Shown: positions 1 through 11,685, numbered from the stretch's first letter. The stretch: 64,000 nt of DNA from an uncultured delta proteobacterium (GCA_963841435.1 CAWJCS010000005.1:704001-768000), one strand, 5' to 3'. The notes: generated by a model not told the origin, from the letters alone. A program made the numbers and translations.

Positions 1-521
1 CGCGCGAGCCGCGCGAGGCTCTCGGCGCGACCCGTGCCTCGCGCCTCGGCATACTGTCCCGTGTGAAGCTCGATCTGGCGCGCGCCCAGATCGACGCTCG
101 CCTGGACTTGATCCGCGTCCGCTTCGATGAACAGGCTCAGCTTGATGCGCCGTGCCTCGCACGCGCGCGCTACCTTTTCCACCTGCTTTCGCGTCGCGAG
201 CACGTCGAGACCACCCTCGGTCGTGAGCTCCTCGCGACGCTCGGGAACGAGCGTCACGACGTTGGGCACGATGCGCTCCGCAAACGCGATCATCTCGTCC
301 GTCGCCGCCATCTCGAGGTTCAGCATCGTGGTCAGCGACTGGCGCAGGCGCTCGATGTCGGCGTCGCGCATGTGCCGGCGATCCTCGCGGAGGTGGGCGG
401 TGATGCCGTCGGCGCCCGCGAGCTCGCAGAGCCCCGCGGCGAGCACGGGGTCGGGGTACACCGTGCCGCGGGCGTTGCGGATCGTGGCGACGTGGTCGAT
501 GTTGATGTGGAGGCGGACCAT
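1..521 (-). CDS. pdxJ: Pyridoxine 5'-phosphate synthase (3' end runs off the window)
   Basis: Not in the ORF track. Manual minus-strand translation from ATG at 521 gives MVRLHINIDHVATIRNARGTVYPDP...GADGITAHLREDRRH...LNLEMA...VTLVPERREELTTEGGLDV...SLFI...IELHTG, which are PdxJ signature motifs. Confidence 0.95.
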   Translation of the reverse strand, partial: MVRLHINIDHVATIRNARGTVYPDPVLAAGLCELAGADGITAHLREDRRHMRDADIERLRQSLTTMLNLEMAATDEMIAFAERIVPNVVTLVPERREELTTEGGLDVLATRKQVEKVARACEARRIKLSLFIEADADQVQASVDLGARQIELHTGQYAEARGTGRAESLARLA

Positions 522-695
522 GTTTCCCGCGCAGCCTAGCCTCGCTCGGCGCCGTTCCAAGGGACAGCCGCACGATCCCGGTGGGGACAGACGGGGCGCC
601 CGGCCCGCGCGCTGCGAAAGGCGGGCATTTCGCCCCGGTTTGGCAGGCGGCGGCTCGCCGTTCTGCCGGTCGGCTACGCTCCGCGAAAGAGCCGG

Positions 696-1853
696 GTGAC
701 GACGACGCATCCCAAAGAGCGGCCCACACGGCGCGCGCGCCGCGTGACAGCGGCAATCGTCGTCGTCGAGGTCATCGGGTTCGCGCTCATCATCGCCCCA
801 CCCGCGCCGAAGGCCCCGGTGCCGGCGCCGAGCGCGTCCAGCCGCGCACTTTTGGACCACACCTCCACGGCGGAGCCAGGCGACGCGGGCTCACCCGAAG
901 CCCCGACGCCCGAGAGCGCGCCGCTGCCTTACGTCGAGCTCGACGGGGGCACGCTCGAGGAACGAAATGACGTGCTCATCGTCAACATGCAGCGCGTGCT
1001 CGGGCTCTCGGAAGAACAGGTGGGCACCATCCAGGCCGTCTTCGCGGGGTCGGATCGCATCGGCCAGGGGAACCCCAAGATCTCCCGCCATCCGCTCACG
1101 CGCGCCGAGTGCCTCGTGCGGCGCGCGGAGGCGCCCCACCTTGCCGCCGCGGATCCGCGCTGCAGCGCCCCGAACATGGTGCCGCTCTACGATCCTGGCG
1201 CGGGGCAAACGCCGGAGCAAGCGCGCGTCTGCATCGATCAGTTCGAGTTTCCGGACATACCCTGTGAGCTTCCGGTGGTGTGGGCGCGCGCCAACGAAGC
1301 AGAGGACCTTTGCCACGCCGTCGGCAAGCGACTCTGCGACGCGCATGAATGGGAAGGCGCCTGCGCTGGCGCCCTGAAGAGCCCGGAAAGCGAATACGCC
1401 TTCGGCGAGCGCCGCATCATGATGCAGTACCTCCACAACAAGAGCCGCGAGATCGTGTGGGCCTACGGCAAGGAGCAGAACCACGCGCTCTGCGCCACGG
1501 GCTCGGCCAAGAGCCCGAAGTGCTTCGCCGGCGGCTGGCACCTCTGCGGCACCAACGACTACCCCGCGGGCTCCTTTCCCGAATGCGTGAGCCCGCTCGG
1601 CGTCTACGACCAGCACGGCAACGCCGCCGAGCACATGAACTTCCCCATGAAGCCCGAAGAGCTCGGCAGTCGCGGCGGCTCCGGCGAAACGGAGATGAAG
1701 GGCAGCTGGTTCATCTTCGCGCACGCCAACGTCCACGAGGACGACTGCCGCTTCCGCGCCCCCGACTGGCACGTCACGCGCATCGACGACAAGAACAGCC
1801 ACAGAAACTACCACCTCGGTTTTCGCTGCTGTCGCGATTTGCCTGGCGGGTAG
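696..1853 (+). CDS. SUMF1/FGE-sulfatase (formylglycine-generating enzyme-like) domain protein, membrane-anchored
   Basis: N-terminal hydrophobic segment; CIDQFE, GKRLC..HEWE.AC, GVYDQHGNAAE and GFRCC motifs typical of the fold. Confidence 0.8.
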   Translation: MTTTHPKERPTRRARRVTAAIVVVEVIGFALIIAPPAPKAPVPAPSASSRALLDHTSTAEPGDAGSPEAPTPESAPLPYVELDGGTLEERNDVLIVNMQRVLGLSEEQVGTIQAVFAGSDRIGQGNPKISRHPLTRAECLVRRAEAPHLAAADPRCSAPNMVPLYDPGAGQTPEQARVCIDQFEFPDIPCELPVVWARANEAEDLCHAVGKRLCDAHEWEGACAGALKSPESEYAFGERRIMMQYLHNKSREIVWAYGKEQNHALCATGSAKSPKCFAGGWHLCGTNDYPAGSFPECVSPLGVYDQHGNAAEHMNFPMKPEELGSRGGSGETEMKGSWFIFAHANVHEDDCRFRAPDWHVTRIDDKNSHRNYHLGFRCCRDLPGG

Positions 1854-1937
1854 CCATGCTCGACGGCAGAGGGCGGCCCGAAGCGCACCACGTTCGTCAA
1901 CGGCGAGGCCGCGCGATCGAGCGCCGAGCCGGCGGGC

Positions 1938-4900
1938 TCACTCGCCGCCGGTTCCGAGATCCCAGTCTTCGCCCAACGTTTCGGCCTTGGGCGTCGGCAA
2001 CGGCTCGCCGTTCGGTCCGTCGCGGCGCACCACCATGGTGTGACGGGTCGCCGTGTCCTCGCTCTCGCGAGCGACGACCGTGATCACGTTCATGCCGGGC
2101 TGAAGCTCGGCGTCGAACGCGAACTCGAGCCGCTTGGGATCGGCAGCCTTGCGATTGGACTGGTAGAACACCTTGCGCGGGCCGACGAACACGAACACGT
2201 CGCGCACCTTGTCGCTGTCGGTCGCGTGCCCGGCGACGTGGATCTTGGTGTCGCGCGTGGAAAGGCTCGCGGGCGCCACGTCGAGCAGGGGCGGCGAGTG
2301 CGTGAGCACGGGCTCGAAAACGATCTTCGGAGCGCCCGCGGACGCCGGTTTCAGCGCGCGCGTCTCGACGAAACCGAAGCGCGCGTCCCCGAGGCTCACC
2401 TTGGTGAAATCACCGAGCTGACCGAGGCGCTGGACGACGGAGCCCTTGTCGAGCTGCCCGACGACGGGCGCCACGCCGATTGGCTGGCCGCGCACCGCCG
2501 CGAGGACGGGCACGCTCACGAAGCCGGAGCTCGGCGTCACGGGCAGGGCGCTCTTCGAGACGCTAAGCTTGGCCCGCTCGCTCGACACCACGCGCAGATC
2601 GCGATCGGCCACGCTGATCTCGACGTTGGCCGCCGGATTCTTGCAGGGAATCGAGCACGTCGAAGGTGAAGGCCACGTTCTTCACGTCGCCGGGTTTCAT
2701 GTTGGAGATGTCGAAGCGGCCCGCGTGCAAGAGCAGACCGTCCCCCGTGAGATTGCGCAGGTTCGCCTGCGTCTCGTAGGACGCGCCCTTCCCCACGTTC
2801 TTGACGTTGAGATACACGGTGACCCCCTCGCCGAGCGCGAGCTGCCCGTCGCCGTTGCCGGGCCGATTGTCGGCCACCTGGTAGTTGTAGGCGAAGATCG
2901 GGCGCGGCTCGGCCGTGATGGTGGGCCGGAGCTCGGCGTCGCGCGGTGGCTCGCCACCTTCGGCGAAGAACTGAATGCGCACGACGTCCGCGCGCGTGTC
3001 GGCGTCGAGCGGGACGCGGCACACGCGCTTCGCGTCCTGCGGCACCGGCTTGGTCGAGCCGGGCTTCTTGCCGTCGACCTCGCAGAAGCCGAGCGGCGCC
3101 GTGGCCGTCTTGGTCTCGCCGGGTCCGATGCGACCGAACGCGAGCTCCTTCTCGTCCCAGTAGGGGCCGTCGCTCTTCGTGACGGCGCGCAGCTGGTAAA
3201 TCGGCGCCTTCGACTTGTTCTTCACGGACACGCTGAGCGACATCCCATCGCCCGCGACGATGGTGTCCTTCGCGCGATCGGTGGACACCTTCACCTCGTA
3301 GTCGCCCGCGCCCGGACCGCCCGCGAAGTCCTTGGGTGGAGCGGCCCAATCGATGCCAAGCTTCGCGAGATCGGCGCTGATGGCGTCGATCTCGGCGGTC
3401 TGCAGCTTGTCGAGATAGCCCTTGGCGGCACGCAGCTGGTCGCGCCGCTTGCCGCCGCTCAGGCGGCTCACGAGCCCCTGCCCGACCTTGATCGCGAAAT
3501 CGAGCTCGAAATCTTCGTCGAGGTCGTCGCCACGATCGCGGATCTCCGCGCGCGCCTTTTCGGGCAGATCGTAGCGAAGCGTGAAGGTCGGGCGCTCGGG
3601 GTTTCGGCGCGCGGCGCCGCTCAGGCTCTTCGTGAGATCCCGCTCGCGTAGCGCGCGGTCGGAGCGGAAGAGGTCCATCTCGAGCACGTCGGCGGTCATC
3701 GGGTCGAGCTCGACGTCGGGCGTCACGCCCACGCCCTGAATCGAGTAGTCGCCCGGCGTGAGGTACTGGGCGATCGTCAGCTTGAGCGCGGCATTGTCGG
3801 GTGTGACGCGTGGAAAGACGAGCTGCACGCTACCCTTGCCGAACGTCGTCTGACCGACGATCACGGCACGATCCAGGTTCTTGAGCGCGCCCGCCACGAT
3901 CTCGCTCGCGCTGGCGCTGGCGCCGTTGACGAGCACGACGAGCGGGTAGTCGGGCTCGGTGCCGGGCCGCGTCGCGCGCTTCTCGTCGCGACCCTCCATC
4001 GCCCCCACGGTCGAGACGATCACGCCGTCGTCGAGGAAGCGGTCGGCGACGAGCGCCGCCTGTTCGAGCAAGCCCCCCGGGTTGCTGCGAAGGTCGAGCA
4101 CCAGGCCCTTGAGGCGCTCCTTCTTGCGCAGCTCCGTGAGCGCCTGGTCGAGCTCGTCGGAGGTGCTCGACTGGAACTGCTTGAGCCGCACGTAGCCGAT
4201 GCCTGGCGCGAGCGAGCGGCTCTCCACCGATTTGACCTGAATGTCCTCGCGCGTCAGCTCGAAGGGCCGCGAGCCTTGCCAACCCTCGGCGCCGTCACGC
4301 TGAATCCAGATCGTGACCTTGGAGCCGGGCTTGCCGCGCAGGCGGGAAACCGCGTCGTCGAGCGGCATGTTGAGTGTCGACTCGTTGTTGATCTTCGTGA
4401 TGCGGTCGAGCCGCCGCAGGCCCGAGCGGCCCGCGGGCGTTCCCGCCATGGGCTTCATCACCGTCAACATCTGATCGCGGATCGAGATCACGATGCCGAG
4501 CCCGCCGAAGTGCCCCGAGGTCGAGAGGTTCATCTCGCGGTAGGCCTCGGGGCTCAGAAACACGCTGTGCGGATCGAGCGTGCGCAGCATGCCGTTGCAC
4601 GCCGCGTATTCGACCTCGCGCAGATCCGTGCCCGTGCCCTTGAGGTGCAGCTGCAAGAACCCGAACACCTCGCGCAGCCGCGCCGCGACGTCCCACGGAC
4701 CCTGCACGTTATCGACGCGGAAATCTTTGGACTCGGTATCGACCTGCACCCAGACCTTGGCGTTCTTCTCGTCGAAGCGGACGATCACCTCGGCCACTTC
4801 CTTCTGGATCTGGTTGAGCGCGCTCAAGAACATCAGCCGCGGCTTCACGCGACCGGGGTCGACGTACTTGTTGCGGATCGTGTTGAGCGTTTCCTTGACG

Positions 4901-5079
4901 GCGAGCAGCTGCGTCAGATCGTAGGGCGCGGGAGGCTGCCCGGGCGCCGCGACCGCATGCGCCGCGGCGAGCCCGCGCCACAGGCCGCCCGTACCGAAAT
5001 GCAGGGCGAGGTACGACGCGACGCCGAACACGCCGAGGACCACGATCAAACGGCCCAGCCGTTCTAGAAAGCGCAGCAT
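1938..5079 (-). CDS. S41 carboxyl-terminal protease, myxobacterial MXAN_5808-like (PDZ, S41, Ig-like and SH3-like C-terminal domains); split by a +1 indel at ~2638
   Basis: LDPHS, FGGLGI (PDZ), LDLRSNPGG, SASASE and TFGKGSVQ motifs. ORFs 2563..5079 and 1938..2612 join in frame if one T at 2638/2639 is removed (...DSLQDPAANVEISVADRD...). Confidence 0.85.
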
Positions 5080-5114
5080 CGTCGGGGGAGTCTAGTACAG
5101 GCGGCCCGGCGAGG

Positions 5115-6311
5115 TCAGGGCGCCGGAGCCCGCGCCTCGGCCGCGATGCCGCCCGAGACGGCAGCGCCCTGCCCTCGTGCGCCTTGTGCGGCTCGGCTCT
5201 CTCCGGCCCCGGGATCCTGCACGGGGGCCGCGAGGTCATCACGTCGGATCGAGTACCGGACGAGCGCCCGGAGAGCCTTGTTGCGCTCCACGTTGCCGAG
5301 CACGAGCTTCAGATCCTCGTAGACCGAGGGGTCGACGAGCAGCGCGCCGAGCGTCCCCTTGCCGGCCCGCACGTCGGAGACGATCTCCTTCAGATCCTGG
5401 CTCACGGCGTTGAGGTTGTGCATCAGGGCCTGGGACTGGTCGTCGCCGTAGATGATGCTCCGTGCGACACCGTTGCCCTCCCGGATGCCCTTGAGCGTCA
5501 GGCGGAGCTCGTCGGCGGCACCGCCGAACTGCGCGATGGCCCGCTCCGAGTCCCCCTCGTAGAGCACCTGGTGCACGAGGCCGGGGCCGGTCCGGATCTG
5601 GGCAATCACCTGGTTGACGCCCGCCACCGTCTGGCTGAGCTCGCCCGTCGTCCGCTCGAGATTCGAGGCGATTTTCGACAGGCGCTCGGCCTCCGCGGGG
5701 TCGGAAAGGACGCGGCCGAGGTACCCCTCGCGCCGGTCGAGCGACCCGAGCACGCCGTTCAGCGACGACGCGACGCCCTTGATGTCGGTCGTCAGCCCCT
5801 CGTCCGACAGCGCGGCCGTGGTGCGCTCCAGGTTGTCCACCACCTTCTCCACCTTGCCGGGCAGCGCGGCGAACTTGCCCATCATGGCAGCCAGGTCCTC
5901 GCTCTCGCGCGCCTCGATGGGGCTACCGGGCGGCAGCACGGCGGTCTTCTCCGTGCCAATGCTGATGGAGAGCATCTTGTCGCCGAGCAGCCCCTTTCCC
6001 TCGATGGTGGCCACGGAGTCCTTCTTGACGCGCTCCGCCTGGTCCGAGAGCACGGCGAGGGTAACGTGGATTTTGCGGTCCTCGGTGTCGTTCCCGTAGC
6101 CGACCTTGGTGACGCGGCCGATGTCCAGGCCGCCCATGCGCACCGTCGACCCCACCGTCAACCCCGACACGTCGTGAAACGACGTCTCGAACTCGACCTT
6201 CTTCTTGAAGAGCTGCCGCTCTTCACCAATCAAGAAGATCACCCCGCCGATCGCCATCATCCCGGCGAGGACGAAAGCGCCCACTTTGTATTCGCGGCTC
6301 TTTCTTGCCAT
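5115..6311 (-). CDS. mlaD: MlaD/MCE-family lipid transport protein with long helical C-terminus
   Basis: KVGAFV TM helix; F.DVSGL.VGS.V.MGG..IGRV and GLLGDK MCE motifs; GKGTLGAL..D..VY. Confidence 0.88.
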   Translation of the reverse strand: MARKSREYKVGAFVLAGMMAIGGVIFLIGEERQLFKKKVEFETSFHDVSGLTVGSTVRMGGLDIGRVTKVGYGNDTEDRKIHVTLAVLSDQAERVKKDSVATIEGKGLLGDKMLSISIGTEKTAVLPPGSPIEARESEDLAAMMGKFAALPGKVEKVVDNLERTTAALSDEGLTTDIKGVASSLNGVLGSLDRREGYLGRVLSDPAEAERLSKIASNLERTTGELSQTVAGVNQVIAQIRTGPGLVHQVLYEGDSERAIAQFGGAADELRLTLKGIREGNGVARSIIYGDDQSQALMHNLNAVSQDLKEIVSDVRAGKGTLGALLVDPSVYEDLKLVLGNVERNKALRALVRYSIRRDDLAAPVQDPGAGESRAAQGARGQGAAVSGGIAAEARAPAP

Positions 6312-6499
6312 ACGAGCGTCGAACAAGTGTTGCGCGTTCGGGGCCCGCCGTCACGTCTGCCCTTCACCACCCCCATTCCCGCGGGTCTTGCCTGCTCGAG
6401 GACCGCTTTTCCGTGACGGGCGATTCGAGCGCGTGTCTGGCTTCTTCGGCCCGACACGGCGCAAGTCGTTCGGCACCGCCCCGTGGTAAGTCCGTCGCC

Positions 6500-7894
6500 A
6501 TGCGGCTTTCCACGCTACTCGCGCCCGACATCAAGCGCATCCTCGAGGAAGATCCAGCGCAGGTGTACGACCTGCTCGACGAGATCCATCCCGAGGACCT
6601 CGCCGATCTCGTGAGCGAGCTCGAGCCGCACCAGGCGGCAATCTTGCTCGGGCGCATGCCGGCCGAGGGAGCCGCGCCGATCTTCGAGCGTCTCGAGGAG
6701 CACGAGCAGGAAGAGCTCGCCGAACACATGAGGCCGGAGTCGGTCGCCCGCATCGCGAGCGAGATGGCGCCCGACGATCGCGCGGATCTGTTCTCGATCC
6801 TGCCTCCCGGCGTCGCCGAGGACGTGCTCGAGAACCTCGCGAAGGTCGATCCCGAGGCCGCCGAGGACGTGCGCGAGCTCGCCAAGTACCCAGAGACGAC
6901 CGCCGGTCACTTGATGACGACGTTGTACGTCTCGGCACCGCCCACGGCGACGATCGCCCAGGCGTTCGACGCCATTCGCCTGCACGCCGAGGAGACCGAC
7001 ACGCCGATATACAGCGTGTACGCCTTGTCCGACGACGAGAGGCTGGTCGGCCTCGTCCCCCTGCGTGACCTGATCGTGGAGTCGAAGAACGGCACGGATC
7101 AACCCATCGGCGAGCTGATGCACACGAACTTCATCACGGTGCCGCCGGACATGGATCAGGAGGAGGTCGCGCGCCTCATGGCAAAGTACGACACCAACGC
7201 GATGCCCGTGGTCGACGGCGACGGCGTCTTTTTGGGCATCATCACCATCGACGACATCGTCGACGTGCTCACGGCCGAGCAGACCGAGGACGTGCAGAAG
7301 ATCGGCGGTGTCGCGCCCCTCGAGGAGCCGTACTTCCAGACGAGCTTCGGAGCGTTCATCCAGAAGCGCGGCGTCTGGCTTTTGGTGCTGTTCTTCGGCG
7401 AATTCTTCACACAGATGGCCCTTCGCCGACACGATCGCGTGCTGAGCGCGATCCACGGCGCCGCGTACTACGTGCCGCTGCTCATCAGCGCGGGCGGCAA
7501 CTCGGGCTCGCAGTCGTCCACTTTGATCATCCGTGGCCTCGCGGTGGGCGAAATCAAACCGGGCGACTGGTGGCGCATTCTCTGGCGCGAGGCGGGCATG
7601 GGGCTCGTGCTCGGCACGGGGCTCGCCATCATCGGCTTTTTCCGCGTGCTCATGTATCCAGACCAGCACCTCGATTTCGCAACGACCGTGGGGCTTGCCA
7701 TCGTCGGCATCGTGTTCGCGGGCTGCACCATCGGGGCGATGCTGCCGATCCTGCTCCGGCGTCTCGGGGTCGACCCGGCGACGAGCTCCACGCCGTTCAT
7801 CGCGAGCCTCGTCGACGTGACGGGCATCCTCATCTTCGTCTACATGGCGCGCATCCTGATGAGCGACGTGATCGCCGCCTATCCGTCGCACTGA
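6500..7894 (+). CDS. mgtE: Magnesium transporter MgtE
   Basis: MgtE N domain (HPEDLAD, MAPDDRAD), YPETTAGHLM, CBS pair, GGNSGSQS, DPATSSTPFIASLVDVTG. Confidence 0.96.
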   Translation: MRLSTLLAPDIKRILEEDPAQVYDLLDEIHPEDLADLVSELEPHQAAILLGRMPAEGAAPIFERLEEHEQEELAEHMRPESVARIASEMAPDDRADLFSILPPGVAEDVLENLAKVDPEAAEDVRELAKYPETTAGHLMTTLYVSAPPTATIAQAFDAIRLHAEETDTPIYSVYALSDDERLVGLVPLRDLIVESKNGTDQPIGELMHTNFITVPPDMDQEEVARLMAKYDTNAMPVVDGDGVFLGIITIDDIVDVLTAEQTEDVQKIGGVAPLEEPYFQTSFGAFIQKRGVWLLVLFFGEFFTQMALRRHDRVLSAIHGAAYYVPLLISAGGNSGSQSSTLIIRGLAVGEIKPGDWWRILWREAGMGLVLGTGLAIIGFFRVLMYPDQHLDFATTVGLAIVGIVFAGCTIGAMLPILLRRLGVDPATSSTPFIASLVDVTGILIFVYMARILMSDVIAAYPSH

Positions 7895-7904
7895 GTCGCA
7901 CTGA
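7885..7904. repeat. Perfect 10-bp tandem duplication GTCGCACTGA x2 spanning the mgtE stop codon
   Basis: Seen directly: GTCGCACTGA at 7885-7894 and 7895-7904. Confidence 0.9.
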
Positions 7905-8290
7905 TCGGTCGAGCGCCGGGCGTCGCAACCCGCGCGCGCGGAGCGCCGGACGGCGGCGCGCAGCGGCGAAGCGGGGCGCGGCGGGCGCAACGCGTCGCGC
8001 CACGTTCTTTTCCGCCGGAATACTTTAGCTTCGATGAACTGGAACCGCTTCCGGAAGTTGGCCTCGGGGGAGCAACGGAGTTGACAATCCGGGGACGGGC
8101 GTGGTGGGGGCGCGAACGCCCGAGCCTAATTTGGCTCTTTCGTGCTCCTCGGCGCGCCCCCACGACCCGGGGCCTCCCCAAACTCGTCACGTCCCGGACT
8201 CCTTCTGGCCGACCGCGCCGGGGTCAGAAAGAAACGATAATGAAAGTCGCCTTGCCAAGGTGCGAACCAGGTCGGAGATTAAGCAACAAC

Positions 8291-10703
8291 ATGGCTTTCA
8301 GCACGCGCCTTTCGCTCCTCTGCTCCACCGTTCTCCTGGTCTCGGGCATCAGCTGCAGTACGGGTGTCGACAAAGGCAAGGGCTTCGACGACAACGCGGG
8401 CGGAACCGGTAACAGCGGTGGAACCAGCGCTGGCAGCGCGGGGATCCGGCCGGGTGGCGGCAGCGGCGGCATCTCCGTGGAGAGCGCCGCTTGCGGGGAC
8501 GGCAAGCACCAGGACGGCGAGCAGTGCGACGACAGCAACAAGAACGACGGCGATTGCTGCAACTCGTTCTGCAAGGTCGAAGCAGACTGCGAATGTCCAG
8601 AGGTCGGGGCCTGCATGAGCTTCACGGCGTGCGGCGACGGCAGGCTCACGAGCGCCGAAGCGTGCGATGACGGCAACACGGTGGATGGCGACGGCTGCGC
8701 CGCCGACTGCAAGACGGTCACGCCCGGCTGGCAGTGCCGCGTGCCCGGAAAGAAGTGCGTCCCGTTCTGCGGCGACGGGCAGATCATAGGCGGCGAGAAC
8801 TGCGACGACGGCAACAACGTCTCGGGTGACGGCTGCTCGGCCACGTGCCTCATCGAGCCGGGTGCGACCTGCACCGGCACGCCCAGCGTGTGCACCACCG
8901 CGATGTGTGGCAACGGCATGAAGGAAGCGGGCGAGGGCTGCGACCTCGGTCCGCAGAATGGCCTCTTCTACGGCGACGCGACGGGCTGCTCGAAGACGTG
9001 CACGCAAGAGCCCAACTGCCGGCCCAGCGGGACCACGCAGGCCTGCTCCACCGCGTGCGGCGACGGCAATGTAGACACGCCCGACGGCGAAGAGTGCGAC
9101 GACGGCAACGCCTTGAGCGGCGACGGCTGCTCCGCCGACTGCAAGATCGAGGGCGGCTTCACCTGCACCGACGAGGAGAAGCCGGACACCGAGCCGTGCC
9201 CGAGCAACCCGAGCCTGCAGTGCCTGGTGCTCCCGGTCACCTATCGCGACTTCGACGGACAGCAGGCCGGCTCCACCGGTCACCCCGACTTTTTCTACAT
9301 GGGTGCCGCCAGCACCGCCGGCACGCCGGGCAACATCGGCACGAAGACGGCATGCGTCCCGAACGCCAGCGGCGCCAAGCTCCCGTGGGCTGCGGGCGAC
9401 TCGTGCCCGAACACCGACGCCGTCGGGCCGTGCACCGGCATCGCGGCGGCGGCGCTCAACGCCATGGGCAAGCCCGCGCTCGCCAAGGACACCTGCCCGT
9501 GCGTGTTCACCGACTGGGATCAGACCGGCGTGCTCACGGGCGTCACCGGGGTGCAGCAGTGCTGGGTCGAGAACGAAGGCAGCATGCGCGACCGCATCGA
9601 CACGACGGTCAAGGTCGTGAAGGACGCTACGAGCTTCGCCCAGTGGTACACGACCTCGACCATGAGCACCGAGTCGCACGGCACGCTCGAGCTCGCCGAC
9701 ACGGGCGCCGGCACCTACCAGTTCTCGAGCAGCGTCCCGGGTGCGGCCGCAGGCGCCATGGGCAGCACCGTCTCCGACGACATTCACCAGAACTGCCTCG
9801 GCACGGCGACGCCCCTGCACAGCGGGTTCTTCCCGCTCGACGGCAGCACGGGCACCGGCTCGACGACGCTCTGCAACCTCTGGCCCTACTGGAAGGCGGG
9901 GCTCACCCCGGCCAACTGCACGGCGGGCGCGGGCAACACGATCCTCGCGCAATGGGATCCGCTGGCGGCCTGGGACGCTTGCCCCACGCTCGGCGCGGGC
10001 GGCGGCTGGGTGCCGAAGTCGGACGGCACCGGCACGGCGCTACAAGGCGTGGCGCACGACTTCTACTTCTCGACGGAGGCGCGCTATCTCTTCCGCTACA
10101 CCGCCCCCGCGCAGCTCGCGTTCTACGGCGACGACGACGTTCTGGGTGTTCGTCAACGGCAAGCTCGCCCTCGACCTCGGCGCCCCGCACGAGCGCCTCT
10201 CCGGCACGGTCATGATCACCGACACCGCCTTCGGCCTCGAGGTCGGCCGCATCTACGAGATCGCCGTCTTCCACGCGGACCGCCACCCGCGCGAGTCGAA
10301 CTACCAGCTCACGCTCTCCGCCTTTGCCACACAGAAGTCGGCGTGCGAGCCGCGCTGCGGCGACGGCGTCGCGACCCTGACCGAAGAGTGCGACGAAGGC
10401 GCGAACAACGTGGACGGCGTCTACGGCGGTTGCAGCGCGACCTGCCACTTCGGCCCGTTCTGCGGCGACGGCAACACCGACACTCAGGTCAACCCCGACA
10501 CGGGCTTGCCCTACGAGCAGTGCGACAAGGGCCGCGACAACGTCAACGTGTACGGCACCGTGGGCGGCTGCTCGCCGAGCTGCCAGATCACGCCCGCCTG
10601 CGGTGACGGCATCATCGACAGCGCTTTCGGCGAGACCTGCGACGACGGCGCCATGAACGGCCAGGGCGCCTGCGGCCTCGACTGCACGAAGATCGTCCTC
10701 TAA
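8291..10703 (+). CDS. Lipoprotein with myxobacterial Cys-rich repeats (DUF4215-type) and a fibro-slime/PA14 domain; split by a +1 indel at ~10140
   Basis: Lipobox-like GISC; repeated CGDG...E.CDDGN...GDGCS..C units; YRDF...HPDF; FSTEARYLFRY...GDDD|VWVFVNGKLALDLG..H. Frames join if one T at 10140/10141 is removed. Confidence 0.88.
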
Positions 10704-10719
10704 CCCGGCACGAACGGGG

Positions 10720-10744
10720 GCTGCCCCCGCGCGGGGGCGGCAGC
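10720..10744. terminator. GC-rich hairpin between convergent genes, possible terminator
   Basis: GCTGCCCCCGCGCGGGGGCGGCAGC inverted repeat just after the fibro-slime stop; no U-tract. Confidence 0.35.
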
Positions 10745-10838
10745 GAACGTCCCGCGTCCTCGGCCTCACGGCCTCCGGGCGCGGGCGCCCGCCAAGCGTC
10801 CGCTCCGCGGCCGCGGGGGCGCAGCCACGTTTCCGTCC

Positions 10839-11627
10839 TCAGCTGTTCAGCAGCGCTTCGACGCTTTCCTTCACGGGCGCGCGGCCCTCGATGAAATCGG
10901 TGACGCGCGCGTCCGGGGAGGCGCGAAACTCGTCGACGGTGCCGGCGCAGATCACGCGACCCGAGTGCACCATCGCGATGCGGTCGCTGATGCTGAAGGC
11001 GCTCCGCATGTCGTGCGTCACGACGATGCTCGTGATTTTGAGCCTCTCCTGCAGGCCCGTGATGAGATGGTTCACGCGCGCCGTGTTGATGGGGTCGAGC
11101 CCGGTCGTCGGCTCATCGTACAACAGCACCTCGGGCTGGACGGCGATGGCGCGAGCGAGCCCCACGCGCTTGCGCATGCCGCCCGACAGATCGGCGGGCT
11201 GCATGGCCTCGATGCCCGGCAGATCGACGAGGCCGAGCGCCCAGGCCACGCGATCTTGTCGCTCCTTGACGCTCAGCTTGTCGCGAAAATGCTCCTCGAG
11301 GCCGTAGCCCACGTTTTCGCCGACCGTGAGCGAGTCGAAGAGGGCCCCACTCTGGAACAGCATGGCAATCCGGCGTCGCACGTCGGAAAGCTTGGCCTCG
11401 TTGAGCTCGGTCACATCGAGGCCATCGAACTGGATGTGCCCCGAATCGACCGCCAGAAGGCCGATCAGCATCTTGAGCATCACGCTCTTGCCCACGCCGG
11501 AACCGCCACAGATGGTGAGCACCTCGCCACGCCGCACGTCGAGGTTGAGCCCGGCGTAGACGATCTTGTTGCCGAACGCCTTGCGCACGCGCGAAAAGCT
11601 TATGTACGTGTCGTCCGAGCCGGCCAT
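10839..11627 (-). CDS. mlaF: ABC transporter ATPase, MlaF/Mkl family
   Basis: Walker A GGSGVGKS, FQSGALFDSLTV.ENV, LSGGMRKRVGLARA, LLYDEPTTGLDP, VTHD. Confidence 0.9.
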   Translation of the reverse strand: MAGSDDTYISFSRVRKAFGNKIVYAGLNLDVRRGEVLTICGGSGVGKSVMLKMLIGLLAVDSGHIQFDGLDVTELNEAKLSDVRRRIAMLFQSGALFDSLTVGENVGYGLEEHFRDKLSVKERQDRVAWALGLVDLPGIEAMQPADLSGGMRKRVGLARAIAVQPEVLLYDEPTTGLDPINTARVNHLITGLQERLKITSIVVTHDMRSAFSISDRIAMVHSGRVICAGTVDEFRASPDARVTDFIEGRAPVKESVEALLNS

Positions 11628-11685
11628 CTCCGACCGGCACCATAGCGCGGGCCGGGCGGACGCCCCAGCGGAGCCGTGCCGAACC

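Noticed and set aside
696-1853. Active formylglycine-generating enzyme
   Set aside because: The catalytic C-x4-C after GGS is absent and no sulfatase is adjacent; only the fold is supported.
6312-6499. M-box (Mg2+) riboswitch upstream of mgtE
   Set aside because: The short gap is shared with the divergent mlaD start and shows no recognisable M-box motifs or terminator.
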